This document shows, piece after piece, positions 61,850 through 64,000 of a stretch of DNA of 64,000 nucleotides; within the stretch, counting starts at the first letter, position 1; every line of letters starts with the position of its first letter. The notes beneath the pieces are model-generated. The model searched no databases, had not been told where the DNA came from, and saw nothing but the letters and a program-made list of their open reading frames with translations. The stretch lies in NCBI GenBank assembly GCA_051313645.2, contig JBNRSN020000006.1, positions 168,640,001-168,704,000 of the forward strand, given 5' to 3'. The position numbers and the translations under genes are program-made. This stretch comes from Centroscyllium fabricii (taxonomy: Eukaryota).

Positions 61850-62450
61850 GGCCATGGGATCTTTTACATCCACTTGAGAGCACAGCCTTGATTAAACATC
61901 TCATCTGAAAGACACACCTCCAACAGTTCAATACTCCCTCAGACTGTCGGCCTGGATTATGTCCTCAAACCTTTGAGTGGGGCTTGAACTTAGAAGCTTC
62001 GGACTCAGGTGAATACTACCACTGAGACAAGACTAACACTCAAGCCCTTAACACCATCTCAAGGACTCGAGTACAAAAATCTAGGCGGACACTGCAGTGC
62101 AGTGCTGAGGGAGTGCTGCACCGTTGGAGGTGCCATCTTTCGGATGAGACATTAAACCGAGGCCCTGTCTGCTCTGAGGTGGACGTAAAAGATCCTATGG
62201 CGCAATTCTGAAGAAGAGCAGGGGAGTTATTCCTGGTATCCTGGTCAATATTTATTCCTCAATCAACATTGCTAAAACAGATTCTCTGTTCTTTATCACA
62301 TTGCTGATTGTGGGAGCTTGCTGTGCGCAAATTGTCTGCCGTGTTTCCTACATTGCAACAGTGACTACACTCCAAAAAGCGCTTCATTGGCTATAAAACG
62401 CTTTGTGACATCCGGTGGTTGTGAAAGGTGCTATATCAATGCAAGTTTTT
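61850..62450. mobile_element. Two DeuSINE (SacSINE1-like) copies in divergent orientation
   Basis: Plus copy ~62060-62450 with Deu domain (GGATGAGACATTAAACCGAGGCCCTGTCTGC...GTAAAAGATCC); minus copy ~61850-62030 complementary to it. Confidence 0.8.
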
Positions 62451-63497
62451 CTTTTTTATCTCAGATGAGGTCAGCCACCTGAAACCAGGGAATAAACAAG
62501 ATTTTCCTAGACTGTATGATTCAGTTCTACAATGGCTGGTCCATCCACTCACTAAGCTACTGGGTAAGTTCCAGATCACAATTCTATATACACCAAGTTC
62601 AGTATACATATTCTGCTTCAGATAACCTTTGATAGCTGCAAAAACATTTTACAAGAACAACAAACACTTCCATCATTTAATAAAGCCTTCAGTTTAAGCC
62701 CCTTCAAGCCTTTGGGCCAAATGACATTTCCTGAAATTTAAAAACATCTCTGTTGCCAACATATTTTCTTTGCACAACAGTTAATCTTGTTCCTTGGCAT
62801 GCTGTTGGCTGCATTTTTTTCTTACTTGAAAATTAGTCTTAATCGATAATACATTGACCCAATGAAGACTGGATGACTTCTAATGGAAACAAAGTGAAAA
62901 CGGTCACAATCCAAATAAGAAGCTGAATAAACAAATCTCAAGTATCAAATTGGTCTTTGCTATATCAGTATTTATCCCAAAATTGAGTCACACTAATTAT
63001 TGCACCAATGCGCTCACTTTGTTCAATGTTAGGTTTTAATAACTGGATCAGTAACCAGCTGAAATATCCACCTGATCTTGAATAATGAGTCCACAATGCA
63101 GCCCCAGTGTCAAGATCACTGCTCCTCAGGTTCTGTGCTTGCTGGCAGTGAAGAGAGCTGATCGCCAGGTAACACCAGATCAGCCAAATTATATTTTAGT
63201 GCAGTACTCTTAGCACATGAAATATACAGGGTCAGGATGCCGGATGCCCAGAGCTTGGCTTCTTAAAAGGACAGCTTTAAGGGTGAACAACAGCGTTTTC
63301 TTAATAGATGCTGAAATGACTGGAGCAGGACAAGGAGGTACAACATACCCATTTAATGAAGCTTGCTTTAGAGGCATTGCTCATTCTACAAAATGGTGGT
63401 CTTTTATGGAGAAAAAGGTCAACCTCCAGTGAAGAGCACTAATAGATCTGTATAGATGAAAGTGGTATCACAGCAAGTCTCCAAGAATAAAGTTAAT

Positions 63498-63960
63498 CAG
63501 GGTGAAATGAAGCAAGCTGCAACAAAACCGCTTGCCTGCTTGCCCGGGGCAAGCAAAATGTGCCATCGGGAAAGCAGAAGAAAATCTCACTTGCCCGACT
63601 GGGCAAGCGATGTGCGGACATGACCCGAGTTGACAGGGCCAGAAATGGCGCTGAGGGTGTGCGCACGCAGCCAAGCGGCGAGCGCCGATGGAGAGGCTTA
63701 ACAGGGTGCGACAAAACCGCGAGGCCAAGGGAACAGGTGGTTGGATCCCGCCTTGGAGGCGGCTACGGATGGGCCGGGCGCATTTCAGCCGATGGGTTTG
63801 GAACTCTGCCCCGCCCGAGCTCGGCCAATCACAGCCCAGCAGTTTTCTTGCGCTCCGGCGATTTTGAAGCACTGCGCCCCGCCCCCTGCCCGTGCTCGGC
63901 CAATCATAGCTCGCTCCGGCCAACCACTGCAGCAGCTTGAATCGAGCAGGAAAGAGAGGG
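63498..63960. mobile_element. Partial copy of the hAT-like family at 49472-50890, inverted
   Basis: CAAAACCGCTTGCC...TTGCCCGGGGCAAG, CAGGGTGCGACAAAACC and CGGCCAATCACAGCCCAGCAGTTTTCT match the reverse complement of 50600-50890. Confidence 0.8.
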
Positions 63961-64000
63961 CGATAGTAAAATACTGCAGATGCTGGAAATCCGAAATAAC

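Noticed and set aside
59643-64000. Upstream YTHDF3 exons or promoter
   Set aside because: No match to the expected N-terminal peptide; the GC/CCAAT-rich stretch at 63500-63960 belongs to a transposon.

Overview
Eukaryotic vertebrate DNA, very likely from a shark or other cartilaginous fish; this is inferred from HE1-type V-SINEs, SacSINE1-type DeuSINEs and HER1-like CR1 tails. The only host gene is YTHDF3 (m6A reader) on the minus strand. It has a 1569-bp YTH-domain exon (59642-58074), a ~32.8-kb last intron that opens with a non-canonical GC donor, a 21-bp last coding exon (ERNRSK*, 25292-25272) and a ~2.6-kb repeat-free 3' UTR. Most of the rest is transposable elements, often nested: CR1, L2, RTE and Rex1 LINEs, Penelope elements, two Gypsy elements, a Harbinger, and hAT and Tigger-like MITEs. 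The stand-out object is a very young 7.8-kb endogenous retrovirus in the last intron (39762-47545; LTRs differ by one visible indel, TGGG TSD, tRNA-Leu PBS). It has lost most of gag-pro-RT but keeps an intact integrase and a 701-aa env. The env TM subunit aligns without gaps to the ebolavirus GP2 core (Cys-bounded internal fusion loop, CGL...NET, 22/54 identities against the sequence as I recall it). The SU-TM disulfide cysteines appear to have been lost together. There is also a hydrophobic 50-aa micro-ORF before gag and a second PPT-like tract at the pol/env junction. All family assignments are by eye; no searches were run.
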